A model generated the notes under the pieces. That model had not been told where the DNA came from. It did not search any database and saw nothing but the letters and a program-made list of their open reading frames with translations. The position numbers were made by a program, and so were the translations under genes. DNA of 62,355 nt from a virus (Duplodnaviria; Caudoviricetes). How positions within the stretch are numbered: position 1 is the first letter of the stretch; every line of letters starts with the position of its first letter. Below are positions 8,198-17,181 of the stretch, piece by piece. The stretch covers positions 1 to 62,355 of the IMG/VR virus record IMGVR_UViG_3300035156_000134; one strand, written 5' to 3'.

Positions 8198-8217
8198 GAA
8201 ACACGAAGGAGGCCACC

Positions 8218-8421
8218 ATGGCAGACGAAGCAGAAAAGACCCAGAAGGCGATCGACAAGGCCGTGAAGACGGCCCGCAAGGAGCAGATGACCGCCGTGAC
8301 CGGGGCGATCAAGGACGCCAAGACGGCGGCCGCCGAGCTCGAGGACAAGGGCCAGAAGAAGGCCGTCTCGACCGCTCTGACCGACCTGATGCGTGCCGTC
8401 AAGGACGCGGTCGCCGAGTAA
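8218..8421 (+). CDS. Small Ala/Lys-rich helical protein
   Basis: AAGGAGG RBS; strong codon bias. Confidence 0.8.
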   Translation: MADEAEKTQKAIDKAVKTARKEQMTAVTGAIKDAKTAAAELEDKGQKKAVSTALTDLMRAVKDAVAE

Positions 8422-8505
8422 ACCCAACAATGGGTTTGGACATTCACAAACCGGACGCTTAGACTCACAAGGTCGGCGTCCGGTTTCGTCTGGAAGGAAG
8501 ATCAC

Positions 8506-8727
8506 ATGCGTGGTTACAAGATCACCCGCAAAGCGGGTACCGAGCACGGCGAAGCAGTCCGGTTCGGCGGCAGCCAGTCCGAGGCATCGGACCACAAGAA
8601 GGCGCTGCTGGTCGAGGCGGGTCTCCGCCCTCAGGCCGATGCGAACATGGTCACGGTCGATCAGATCGAGATCCCCACTGGCAAGGCGGAGCTCATCCCC
8701 TTCCTGAACGCTCTGGTCAGTGGCTGA
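8506..8727 (+). CDS. Hypothetical protein
   Basis: RBS, operon position. Confidence 0.7.
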   Translation: MRGYKITRKAGTEHGEAVRFGGSQSEASDHKKALLVEAGLRPQADANMVTVDQIEIPTGKAELIPFLNALVSG

Positions 8728-8974
8728 GCCTGGCGTATTCGTGGACGATGGCAACCGCGACTACTACCGCAACAGTGATACCGGCATCGAGTGCACCCAC
8801 GCCATACGGGCAGCACTTGGCCGCGAGGGCTACATCATGTGGCTTCGTGGCACTCAGATCAAGTATCTGTGGCGTGCCGGCATAAAGGACCAAGCGCATC
8901 CAGCTGAGTACGCTGTGAAGGTCGGTTGGTACGCTAACGAACTGGCTAGGGTCCTCGGCGACCCGAACGCTTAA
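8720..8974 (+). CDS. DUF3310 family protein
   Basis: GIEC..AI..G..IKYLWRAGIK motif. Confidence 0.75.
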   Translation: MAEPGVFVDDGNRDYYRNSDTGIECTHAIRAALGREGYIMWLRGTQIKYLWRAGIKDQAHPAEYAVKVGWYANELARVLGDPNA

Positions 8975-8986
8975 GGGAGACGGACG

Positions 8987-9319
8987 GTGAGCCTAGAAGC
9001 GATGGGGTTGGGCCCTGATGCAGACGAGGACGCCGTCCGTTCCAAATTCAAAGAGCTCGCCATGCAGGTCCACCCGGACCGCGGCGGCTCAGCCGAACAA
9101 TTCCAAGCAGCTGTGGACCAACGGGACAAAGCGCTCCAAGAGGTCCGGCTCGGTCAGACTCTGGCCCATAACCGATCAGCACTGTTCAAACTTCGCGAAG
9201 CACTCCGAGGCACCAAGTGCCCACGCTGCGAAGGATCAGGCGAACGAATGAAGGTGGCCAGCGGGTTCCGTAGCATGCGGTTCGTCTGCCCCATGTGCAA
9301 AGGGAAGGGAACACTATGA
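8987..9319 (+). CDS. J-domain (DnaJ-like) protein with zinc finger
   Basis: HPDRGG motif; CPRCEGSG and CPMCKGKG repeats. Confidence 0.85.
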   Translation: MSLEAMGLGPDADEDAVRSKFKELAMQVHPDRGGSAEQFQAAVDQRDKALQEVRLGQTLAHNRSALFKLREALRGTKCPRCEGSGERMKVASGFRSMRFVCPMCKGKGTL

Positions 9320-10245
9320 AGCCGACGCTCGCAGCCGATGTGGAGGACTTCACTAAGCTGAGGTATCCGCTTTACGGGTCCTTCAAGGTCGACGGTGTCC
9401 GAGGCCTCATGCCTGATCGGCACCTCCTGCCTCGCAGCCTGAAGGAGTTCGGCAACGAGCCCACCATCAGGTGGTTCGATGGATGGGCTGAGAGCCTCCA
9501 GGGCATGGACGGCGAGCTGACCCTAGGTGCTGATCCGGCTCCGAAGGGTGTGCGCCTGTGCCACGCCACCAGCTCGGCTCTGAGCACCCACGACACGCCG
9601 GCTGAGATCCATTGGTGGATCTTCGACCTGTGTGGCGATCGCTTCGAGGACCTGCCCTTCTCGCAACGGCGAGGCCTGTTGATCGATCGGTTCAGACGGA
9701 TGGGAGCTGCCACCCAGAAGAAGCTCCGGGTGCACCTGCTCGAGCAGCGCCTGATCCGGACGCCTGAAGAAGCTGTGGACTTCGTGGCCGAAGCCTTGGC
9801 CCTAGGGTATGAAGGTGCCGTGTTCAAGGACCCGACTCTGCCGTACAAGAATGGCCGGTCCACGCTCCGCAGCCAGCATCTGTTGCGGGCCAAGCCTACG
9901 GCCAGCTGTGAGGCCAAGATCCTGGGCTTCATCGAGGAGATGAAGAACAACAATGAGGCCACCATCAACAAGCTCGGCGGCAAGACCCGCAGCAGCCACA
10001 AGGCCAACAAGACGGGCACTGACACGCTCGGCGCTTTGATGGTCGAGATCCTGAACGGCCCTTTCAAGGGTGTGTCCGTGAAGGTTGGGACCGGTTGGAC
10101 CGATGCCGAGGCGTCCTGGATCTGGGCGAACAAGACGAAGCTGTCTACGGCCATCGTCAAGATGAAATACTTCCCACTCGGCTGCAAGGACAAGCCGAGG
10201 CACCCTGTCTGGGATAGCTTCCGCGAGAAGTTCGACGTGTCCTGA
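9316..10245 (+). CDS. lig: ATP-dependent DNA ligase
   Basis: KVDGVR, DGEL, IFD, GYEGAVFK, VGTGW, KPRHP. Confidence 0.93.
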   Translation: MKPTLAADVEDFTKLRYPLYGSFKVDGVRGLMPDRHLLPRSLKEFGNEPTIRWFDGWAESLQGMDGELTLGADPAPKGVRLCHATSSALSTHDTPAEIHWWIFDLCGDRFEDLPFSQRRGLLIDRFRRMGAATQKKLRVHLLEQRLIRTPEEAVDFVAEALALGYEGAVFKDPTLPYKNGRSTLRSQHLLRAKPTASCEAKILGFIEEMKNNNEATINKLGGKTRSSHKANKTGTDTLGALMVEILNGPFKGVSVKVGTGWTDAEASWIWANKTKLSTAIVKMKYFPLGCKDKPRHPVWDSFREKFDVS

Positions 10246-10257
10246 AGGAGATGAGCC

Positions 10258-10389
10258 ATGTTTAGTTGGTTAAAGTTCCTCGTGCCGAAGCGGAAACGGT
10301 ATCGCTATCGGGACGCCATCACCGGCAAGTTGGTCAGCAAGACCTATGCTGAGGAGAACCCTGACACCACCGTCCGAGAGCGGAAATAG
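10258..10389 (+). CDS. Small basic protein (43 aa)
   Basis: AAGGAG RBS; RDAITGK..AEENPDTTVRE. Confidence 0.55.
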   Translation: MFSWLKFLVPKRKRYRYRDAITGKLVSKTYAEENPDTTVRERK

Positions 10390-10411
10390 CTCAAATAAGT
10401 GAAATTAGCTG

Positions 10412-10463
10412 TTTACAACATGGGGGAGCTGGGTTAGACCTGGTTCCCTCATCTGCTGAAGGA
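10412..10463 (+). promoter_or_regulatory. Phage promoter plus leader/RBS motif
   Basis: TTTACA-N17-TAGACC; CTGCTGAAGGA 10453-10463. Confidence 0.75.
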
Positions 10464-10472
10464 ATGTGAGAC

Positions 10473-10886
10473 ATGCCGACCAACCCTGCCGCGGCCAAGA
10501 AGCCCGCGTTCAAGATCCCCAAGAAGATCGCCGACTGCGCCGACCGACTGTACGAGCTCAAGGCTCAGATGTCGGCCGTCGCCAAGACCCTCGAGGCCTT
10601 GGACAAGGAGCGCAAGGCGATCCAGGAGTACGTGATCAACGAGCTCCCGAAGTCGAATGCCACGGGCATCAGCGGCAAGACCGCCAACGTCCGGTCGGTC
10701 ACGGCCGTCATCCCGCAGGTCGAGGACTGGGACAAGTTCTACGAGTTCGTCCGCAAGTCCAAGCGGACCGATTTGCTGCAGCGTCGCGTCTCGGACGGGG
10801 CGATCCAGGAGCTGTGGGATACCAACAAGGTCGTGCCCGGCGTGAAGCAATTCACCGTCGTCAAGCTCAGCCTCACCAAGGTCTAA
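10473..10886 (+). CDS. Conserved phage replication-module protein
   Basis: Coiled coil, VEDWDKFY..LLQRRVS..VPGV. Confidence 0.8.
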   Translation: MPTNPAAAKKPAFKIPKKIADCADRLYELKAQMSAVAKTLEALDKERKAIQEYVINELPKSNATGISGKTANVRSVTAVIPQVEDWDKFYEFVRKSKRTDLLQRRVSDGAIQELWDTNKVVPGVKQFTVVKLSLTKV

Positions 10887-10901
10887 GGAGGACCAATTAC
10901 T

Positions 10902-11798
10902 ATGGCACGTGCACCTGCAGCTGGCGCTAAGCCGCCGGCGAAGATCAAGAACGAGTCCACTGCGCTTGTGAACTACGAGCAGCAGATGGAGGCCCAGGCC
11001 GAGAAGGCCACCAACCAAGAAAAGGGCGGCGGCTTCGGCAAGTCGTTCTCGTTCAAGGGCGGCATCCTCTCGTTCGATGGGGCTCCAATCAAGGGCAACC
11101 AGATCCCGGTCTTGGTGGCCGGCTCGATGATCGAGAAGGCGCTCTATGAAGGTCGGTATGACCCGAACAACATCGAGCCGCCAGTCTGCTTCGCCTTCAG
11201 TGACGACGTCGACACGCTCGCTCCGAACCCGGAGGACGTGGCAGACCTGAAGAACGACGACTGCGAGACCTGCCCATTCAATCAGTGGGGCTCGGCTGAC
11301 GTCGGCCGCGGCAAGGCGTGCAAGGACATCCGCCGCCTCGCCCTCATCCCGGCCGGCACAATCGCCAAGAACGGTGATATAGAAATGGTCGACGATGTCA
11401 AGACGATCCAGAAGGCCGAGTTCGGCTACGCCAAGCTGCCGCCGACTAGCCTCAACGCCTGGGCTTCGTTTGTCCGCGGTGTGGCCTCGACGCTGAAGCG
11501 GCCGCCTCACGGCGTGTTCGCCATGATGTCGGTCGAGCCAGATGACACCAACCAGTTCAAGGTGACCTTCGAGGCCCTGGACATGGTACCATCGAAGCTG
11601 CTGCCGGCGATCATGCCTCGGCACGAAGAAGCCATGAAGGAGCTGGTCCGGCCGTACACGTACCCGACCGAAGAGCAGAAGGCTGACCGTGCCAAGCAGG
11701 CCAAGAAGGGTGCGCGTGGCACGCCTGCTGGTCGGCCAGGGACTGGCACCCGAGGCGTAGCAGCCAAGAAGCCAGCGACTGCTCGCAGGAAATACTGA
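10902..11798 (+). CDS. Putative ssDNA-binding/annealing protein
   Basis: C..CPFNQWGS..GKAC..RRLA..LPPTSL pattern; position before PolA. Confidence 0.6.
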   Translation: MARAPAAGAKPPAKIKNESTALVNYEQQMEAQAEKATNQEKGGGFGKSFSFKGGILSFDGAPIKGNQIPVLVAGSMIEKALYEGRYDPNNIEPPVCFAFSDDVDTLAPNPEDVADLKNDDCETCPFNQWGSADVGRGKACKDIRRLALIPAGTIAKNGDIEMVDDVKTIQKAEFGYAKLPPTSLNAWASFVRGVASTLKRPPHGVFAMMSVEPDDTNQFKVTFEALDMVPSKLLPAIMPRHEEAMKELVRPYTYPTEEQKADRAKQAKKGARGTPAGRPGTGTRGVAAKKPATARRKY

Positions 11799-11900
11799 GG
11801 GACTTTAGACCCTTAGCTAGGGCAGGTGGGAACTCGGCATTCGGACTCAACAACCACCCGCAGAGATTGCATCTGCCCGTTTATTTAGAAGGAAGCTCAG

Positions 11901-12137
11901 ATGGCGAAGAACAAGAAGGTCGACCCGCTCGAGAGCTGGCACGTGCTGCAGGCTGAGATCCACAAGCTCTCCGAGAAGGAGTGTCAGGACCTCATCGACC
12001 TGGAGCTGAGCGGCAAGAAGCGCCGAAACATGGTGCTCCGCCTGTATATGAAGATGAACAAGCTCCGGAATATCCGCGAGCGTGCCGTCCTGACGAAGCA
12101 GACGGTCTTGGTCCGCGTCGGGCGGCCGGCGCTGTGA
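11901..12137 (+). CDS. Hypothetical protein
   Basis: RBS, 78 aa. Confidence 0.7.
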   Translation: MAKNKKVDPLESWHVLQAEIHKLSEKECQDLIDLELSGKKRRNMVLRLYMKMNKLRNIRERAVLTKQTVLVRVGRPAL

Positions 12138-12346
12138 GCTCGCTGATCATTGCCCTGAAGATTGTCGTGATCTTGGCCGCTGCTGTTCTCGCCAAAGGAG
12201 GCCTTGCGACTGCGATCGACTCCCCGGGCGATTACCAACGGGGACTGATCAGCAACAAGGCGCAGGTGAAGTTCAATATAGCCGCCGGCATCATTTTGTG
12301 CGTTATTTGCACCTGGATCGCCGTAGCTCTGGTTCGGAGTTTCTAA
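12134..12346 (+). CDS. Small membrane protein
   Basis: GTGA-coupled; two hydrophobic segments. Confidence 0.55.
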   Translation: MSSLIIALKIVVILAAAVLAKGGLATAIDSPGDYQRGLISNKAQVKFNIAAGIILCVICTWIAVALVRSF

Positions 12347-12347
12347 G

Positions 12348-14387
12348 ATGGCTCGGCGTCCGACAATGCCGAAGCCGACCACAGTCGACTTTGAGACCAA
12401 AGGGATTGAGGGTCGGCCCGACTACCCACCTGAGCCCGTGGGTGTGTCGATCAAGGAGTTCGGAAAAAAGGCTCGGTACTGGTCGTGGGGCCACCTGGCG
12501 GGTGGCAACAACTGCTCCAAGGCCGAGGCGGCCAACGCGCTGAAGAAGGTGTGGGCCAAGCGGCAGACCGTCCCGATCCTCTTCCAGAATGCCAAGTTCG
12601 ACGTCGACGTGTGCGAGGTCCACTTCGAGCTGCCGGTCCCGGCCTGGCACGACATTCATGACTCGATGTTCCTGATCTACCTGGAGGATCCACGGCGGCC
12701 CACGTTCGCGTTGAAGCCGAGCGCTGAGTTCTACCTAGACATGCCGCCCGAGGAACAGGACGCGGTCAGGGACTGGCTGCTGGAGAAGGAGCACAAGCTC
12801 TGGGTCGAGAGCCACCTCGGGATCGATCCGAAGACCGGCAAGCGGGAGACCGTTAAGCCGAGTACTTTCGGCAAGTTCATCGCCTACGCGCCTGGAAACG
12901 TGGTTGGCCCGTATGCCAACGGCGACTGCGTGCGGACTGAGAAGCTGTTCGTCAAGCTGTGGACCCGGGCCGCTGAGCGGGGCATGCTGGAGGCCTATGA
13001 CCGTGAGCGCCGCCTGATGCCCCACCTGCTCACGTCAGAGCGAGAAGGTGTCAGGCTGAACATGGCCCAGCTCCGGAAGGACTCGCTCGCCTACGAGGAC
13101 GTGCTGACCAAGATCGATGCGCAGATCCGGAAGATGACCAAGTCGCCGAGCCTGAACATCGACTCCGGTCAGGAGTTGGCGCACGCCATGATCAAGTCGA
13201 ACATGGCCGATGAGGGCCAGCTCGGCTACACCAAGGACGGCAAGGTCCAGACCAACAAGGCGGCGATTCAGGCCGGCGTCACGAACCCGGACATGCGGGC
13301 GCTGCTGTCGTACCGAGCGCCACTGGCGACCTGCCTCAAGACCTTCATGCGGCCGTGGCTCCGGACGGGTGAGCGGTCAGATGGGATCTTGTTCACCAAC
13401 TGGAACCAGGTCAAGCAGGGCGACGGCAAGAACGTGGTGGGCACCTCGACGGGCCGACTCAGCTCCACGCCGAACTTCCAGAACATTCCGAACGAGTTTC
13501 CTGAGCTGATCCAGCTGCTAGGCTTCCTCGTCAGCCAGAAGCCCACGCCTAAGCAGATCGCTGCGGCGGGCGCCAAGCTGAAGGCGCTCGAGATCAAGCT
13601 CAAGGTGCCGAAGGGGCTACCGCAGCTGCCGAAGGTACGTGGCTACATCATCCCGTACAATCCGGGCGAGATCCTGCTCGACCGAGATTACTCGCAGCAG
13701 GAGGTCCGCATCCTGGGCCACTACGAGGATGGGCCACTCAAGGAGCAGTACCTCGCCGACATCTGGATGGACTTCCACGATCGGACCCGGCAGCTCATCT
13801 TCGAGATGCTCGGTGTGCTCTATGATCGGAGGCCGGTCAAGAACACCAACTTCGGCATCATTTACGGGCAGGGCTCAACCAGCCTGGCCATCAAGAACGA
13901 TATCACACCGCAGGAGTCGAAGGACCTGCTCAACGCCATTCTGACCGTGTTCCCAGGGATCAAAGAGATCAACGAGGACATGAAGGAACGGGCGGCGAAT
14001 GAGGAGCCGATCCGGACGTGGGGCGGAAGGGAGTATTACTGCGAGCCAGCCGCATACTCCGAGAAATACAAGCGGGTGATGTCGTTCGAGTACAAGCTCA
14101 TCAACCTGCTGGTGCAAGGGTCGGCAGCGGACGCCACCAAGGAGGCCGCCATCCGGTGGTGCGAGGCGAAGCGGCCAGAGACCCGGTTCCATCTGAACAT
14201 TCACGATCAGCTGACTGGGTCCACGCCGCTGAAGCTCCTGCACCCGGAGATGAAGGTGATGCGGGAGTGCATGGAGGGGCTGGACTTTGATATCCCGCTC
14301 CTGACCGAGGGCAAATGCTCGACCAAGAATATGAATGCGTTGGAGGTCTACGACAAGGCCGGCGTCATCTACTACAAGGACAAGTGA
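12348..14387 (+). CDS. polA: Family A DNA polymerase with 3'-5' exonuclease
   Basis: DFET, NAKFD, TGRLSS, DYSQQEVR (motif A), KNTNFGIIYG (B), VQGSAAD, IHDQL (C). Confidence 0.95.
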   Translation: MARRPTMPKPTTVDFETKGIEGRPDYPPEPVGVSIKEFGKKARYWSWGHLAGGNNCSKAEAANALKKVWAKRQTVPILFQNAKFDVDVCEVHFELPVPAWHDIHDSMFLIYLEDPRRPTFALKPSAEFYLDMPPEEQDAVRDWLLEKEHKLWVESHLGIDPKTGKRETVKPSTFGKFIAYAPGNVVGPYANGDCVRTEKLFVKLWTRAAERGMLEAYDRERRLMPHLLTSEREGVRLNMAQLRKDSLAYEDVLTKIDAQIRKMTKSPSLNIDSGQELAHAMIKSNMADEGQLGYTKDGKVQTNKAAIQAGVTNPDMRALLSYRAPLATCLKTFMRPWLRTGERSDGILFTNWNQVKQGDGKNVVGTSTGRLSSTPNFQNIPNEFPELIQLLGFLVSQKPTPKQIAAAGAKLKALEIKLKVPKGLPQLPKVRGYIIPYNPGEILLDRDYSQQEVRILGHYEDGPLKEQYLADIWMDFHDRTRQLIFEMLGVLYDRRPVKNTNFGIIYGQGSTSLAIKNDITPQESKDLLNAILTVFPGIKEINEDMKERAANEEPIRTWGGREYYCEPAAYSEKYKRVMSFEYKLINLLVQGSAADATKEAAIRWCEAKRPETRFHLNIHDQLTGSTPLKLLHPEMKVMRECMEGLDFDIPLLTEGKCSTKNMNALEVYDKAGVIYYKDK

Positions 14388-14388
14388 T

Positions 14389-14622
14389 ATGAATGCTGAG
14401 GAGCTTGAGGCTGAGGGCAAACGCCTTGTCAATCAGTTCGAGAAAGACTTCGAAGGTGTTATCAGGCCGTTCTACACGGCCATGAAGATCTACGCCGAAA
14501 ACGTCGACAAGGCTCCGATATCGGATCAGATGAAGGTGGCGCTTCTAAAGATCACGATGCAGGGCCTTGAGCAGCTCGGCAACATCGCCGACCGTGTCGC
14601 TGCAGAAGAAGGAATTGCATAA
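14389..14622 (+). CDS. Hypothetical protein
   Basis: Fills gap, coupled at both ends. Confidence 0.6.
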   Translation: MNAEELEAEGKRLVNQFEKDFEGVIRPFYTAMKIYAENVDKAPISDQMKVALLKITMQGLEQLGNIADRVAAEEGIA

Positions 14623-15314
14623 TGGCAGGCGTCGTCAAGAAGTTTCTCGCATGGTCGTGGTCCAGGCTGCAGACCTACGAGCTGTGCCCGCTGAAGGCGA
14701 AGTACGGGTACCTCGACAAGATCGAGGAGCCAAAGAACAACGCCATGCTGCGTGGTGGCGCGATCCACAAGATGGCGCAGGACTACGTCGAGAAGGGTGG
14801 CCGCCTGAAGGACGAGCTGAAGCTCTACGAGAAGCTGTTCAAGGAGGTCAAGCTGCTGCAGAAGCGGAAGGACGTGACCGTCCTGGCCGAGCAGCAGAAC
14901 GCCCTGACCGAGCAGTGGACGCCAGCCTCATGGTTCGGGAAGGACGCGTGGCTCCGGATCATCGTCGATCTGGCCATCATCCTGCACACCGAGAAGCGGG
15001 CGAGGTTGGTTGATCACAAGACCGGCCGGGTCAACACCGAGGGGGCGCAGCAGCTGGAGCTGTACGCCATCTGGGGGTTCTTGACCTACCCGGACGTGGA
15101 CACCATCGACGGCGAGCTGTGGTTCCTGGACCAGCTTGCGAGTAGTCGGCATGTAGTGACCTTCTACAGGAAGGATTTGAAGAAGCTCCAGACGAAGTGG
15201 GCTAACAGGGCGAAGCCGCTACTGAAGGACACACGGTTCGCACCGCGTAAGAACGACAAGTGTAAATGGTGTTGGTACAGTAAGGCCAAAGACGGCCCCT
15301 GCCCGGTTGCATAA
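14622..15314 (+). CDS. PD-(D/E)XK Cas4/RecB-like exonuclease
   Basis: SWSRL..CP, RG..IH, VDHKTG, QLELY, CKWC..CP. Confidence 0.88.
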   Translation: MAGVVKKFLAWSWSRLQTYELCPLKAKYGYLDKIEEPKNNAMLRGGAIHKMAQDYVEKGGRLKDELKLYEKLFKEVKLLQKRKDVTVLAEQQNALTEQWTPASWFGKDAWLRIIVDLAIILHTEKRARLVDHKTGRVNTEGAQQLELYAIWGFLTYPDVDTIDGELWFLDQLASSRHVVTFYRKDLKKLQTKWANRAKPLLKDTRFAPRKNDKCKWCWYSKAKDGPCPVA

Positions 15315-15627
15315 TGGGACGACGTCACCACAGCATGACTGAGCTCGAGTGGCTGCTGCGCAAGACTTATCTTGATGACAGTGGCTGCTTGATGTGGATC
15401 GGCTACAAAAGAATGGCCGCTACGGCTCGATCGCGCTTGGCGACAGCGTTCAGAGGCCGGCGCATGTTCAGATGTGGGAGCTATTCAATGGACCTGTCCC
15501 AGAAGGCATGAAGGTCTGCCACACCTGCGACGAAACTTTGTGCGTGCGTCTAGATCACTTGTTTCTAGGCACGCAGAAAGAGAATATGCAAGACTGCGTC
15601 GCCAAGGGGCGGCACAGATATAGCTGA
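15314..15627 (+). pseudogene. HNH homing endonuclease split by a frameshift
   Basis: GCLMWIG in one frame; GRYG..AH..VCHTCD..LCVRLDHLFLGTQKENMQD in the -1 frame; switch at A-run 15407-15410. Confidence 0.75.
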
Positions 15628-15638
15628 AGGAGATTGAC

Positions 15639-16238
15639 GTGGCGAAGACAAGATTGCTGGTGGCCATGCGGAACAGCATCCGCAAGAAGCTGATCGACCG
15701 GGCGTTCGATCACCGGGAGAAGGAGCTGAAGGATCGGCGCCCGATCATCGCCAAGATGGCGTACGAAGAGATCGTCACGCCCGAAGAGCAAAAGCGCATG
15801 GCGGCTTTGCCGCCAGAGTGGTTCCCATCTGGGAAACGCGTCGAGATCGAGGACCACGCGGATGATGACTACCGCGGCTATCAACGGGAGTGGATCCACT
15901 GGGACATGACTTGGGCTGAGCCGTATCCGTATGATCGGATTTTGAAGATCGGTGCTAAGAAGATGTCGGATGATCTGCTCCAGGCCGTCGAGGAACAGGT
16001 GGCAGCCGAGATCGAACTGGGCGAAACCAAGGCGGCCGCGGTGGCCTCCACCCAAGCGCTCCTGGACAGCTACAACTGGGTCGAAGATCTGGTCACAGGC
16101 TGGCCTGAGGCTGCGTCTGTGATCCATGAGGTGGTGACCACCGGTGGTGTCATGAGGGACCTGCCAGCTGTGACCAGCCTCAACTCACTGCTCGGCCTGC
16201 CGCCGGGTCAGGTCCGTCACGAACATCATAACGCATAA
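15639..16238 (+). CDS. Nucleotide modification-associated domain 5 (Nmad5)-like protein
   Basis: C-terminal L...WPEA...LP...LNSLLGLP pattern; GCTGAAGGAG RBS. Confidence 0.65.
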   Translation: MAKTRLLVAMRNSIRKKLIDRAFDHREKELKDRRPIIAKMAYEEIVTPEEQKRMAALPPEWFPSGKRVEIEDHADDDYRGYQREWIHWDMTWAEPYPYDRILKIGAKKMSDDLLQAVEEQVAAEIELGETKAAAVASTQALLDSYNWVEDLVTGWPEAASVIHEVVTTGGVMRDLPAVTSLNSLLGLPPGQVRHEHHNA

Positions 16239-16249
16239 GGAATAGCACA

Positions 16250-16801
16250 ATGAACGACATCATGGTAGACCTCGAGACGCTGGGCCAAACGCCTGGCTGC
16301 ATCATCCTCTCGATCGGGGCCGTCCAATTTGGCCCGAAGGGCCTCGGCAAGGAGTTCTACGCCGTGATCAATGTGGCGGACCAGAAGAAGGCCGGCCTGA
16401 CCACCGACCCGTCCACGATCGAGTGGTGGGACAAACAGTCGGTCCAGGCGCGGGAGGTCCTGGCGCAGGCCAACAACAAGAAGGAGTCGATCCCGCTGAA
16501 GACAGCGTTGGACACGTTCCAGCTCTACCTGCAGGAGTGCGGCAACCTTCGAAACATCAAGATCTGGGGCAACGGCAGCGACTTCGACAATGCTATCTTG
16601 GCCGTGGCCCATAAGGCGGCGAACCGCGAGATCGGCTGGCAGTTCTGGAATAATCGTTGCTTCCGGACACTGAAGAGCATGGGCTCGAAGGCTACCCAGC
16701 CTGAGCGTCAAGGCACTTATCACAACGCTCTGGACGATGCCAAACACCAAGCTCTATGGGCGATCGAGCTCGGTCGCATTGCTGGCGTTAAAGTGTTCTG
16801 A
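16250..16801 (+). CDS. DEDDh 3'-5' exonuclease
   Basis: MVDLET, WGNGSDFD, HNALDDA. Confidence 0.9.
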   Translation: MNDIMVDLETLGQTPGCIILSIGAVQFGPKGLGKEFYAVINVADQKKAGLTTDPSTIEWWDKQSVQAREVLAQANNKKESIPLKTALDTFQLYLQECGNLRNIKIWGNGSDFDNAILAVAHKAANREIGWQFWNNRCFRTLKSMGSKATQPERQGTYHNALDDAKHQALWAIELGRIAGVKVF

Positions 16802-17181
16802 TGCGGATCAATGTCCCTGGCCGCCGCGAAGGCACTGACGAGGGGTGGGTCAGGGACAAGGCCAAAGAGTTGTACGGAGTCGAGTCGATCAAGGTAGGCC
16901 ATAGCGGCTGGCCTGATCGGCTTTACTTGACTAAGCCGCCGGGTTTGTGGATCGAGCACAAACGCTACAGCGGCACCGAGGCGATGGCTCGTCAGGCCTG
17001 GCGGATCAAGCGGCTGAACGATCTAGGCTATGACGCAAGGGTGATTGATGACCGAGACGAGGCTCTTAGAGCGATCAGCGAAAAAGTGGATCCCGCACAA
17101 GTTCCAGAAAAAAGGCCTCAGACGCCTGCTCGAAAACGCCGTGTACCTCATGCTGGCCAGCCCAGGAGCCGGCAAGACTAG
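16801..17181 (+). CDS. VRR-NUC domain nuclease
   Basis: GWPDR..WIEHK..Q; precedes SNF2 helicase. Confidence 0.75.
   Translation: MRINVPGRREGTDEGWVRDKAKELYGVESIKVGHSGWPDRLYLTKPPGLWIEHKRYSGTEAMARQAWRIKRLNDLGYDARVIDDRDEALRAISEKVDPAQVPEKRPQTPARKRRVPHAGQPRSRQD

Noticed and set aside
10242-10250. CTGAAGGAG as a regulon motif copy
   Set aside because: Only a partial match formed by the ligase stop codon plus an ordinary SD, with no promoter; not counted
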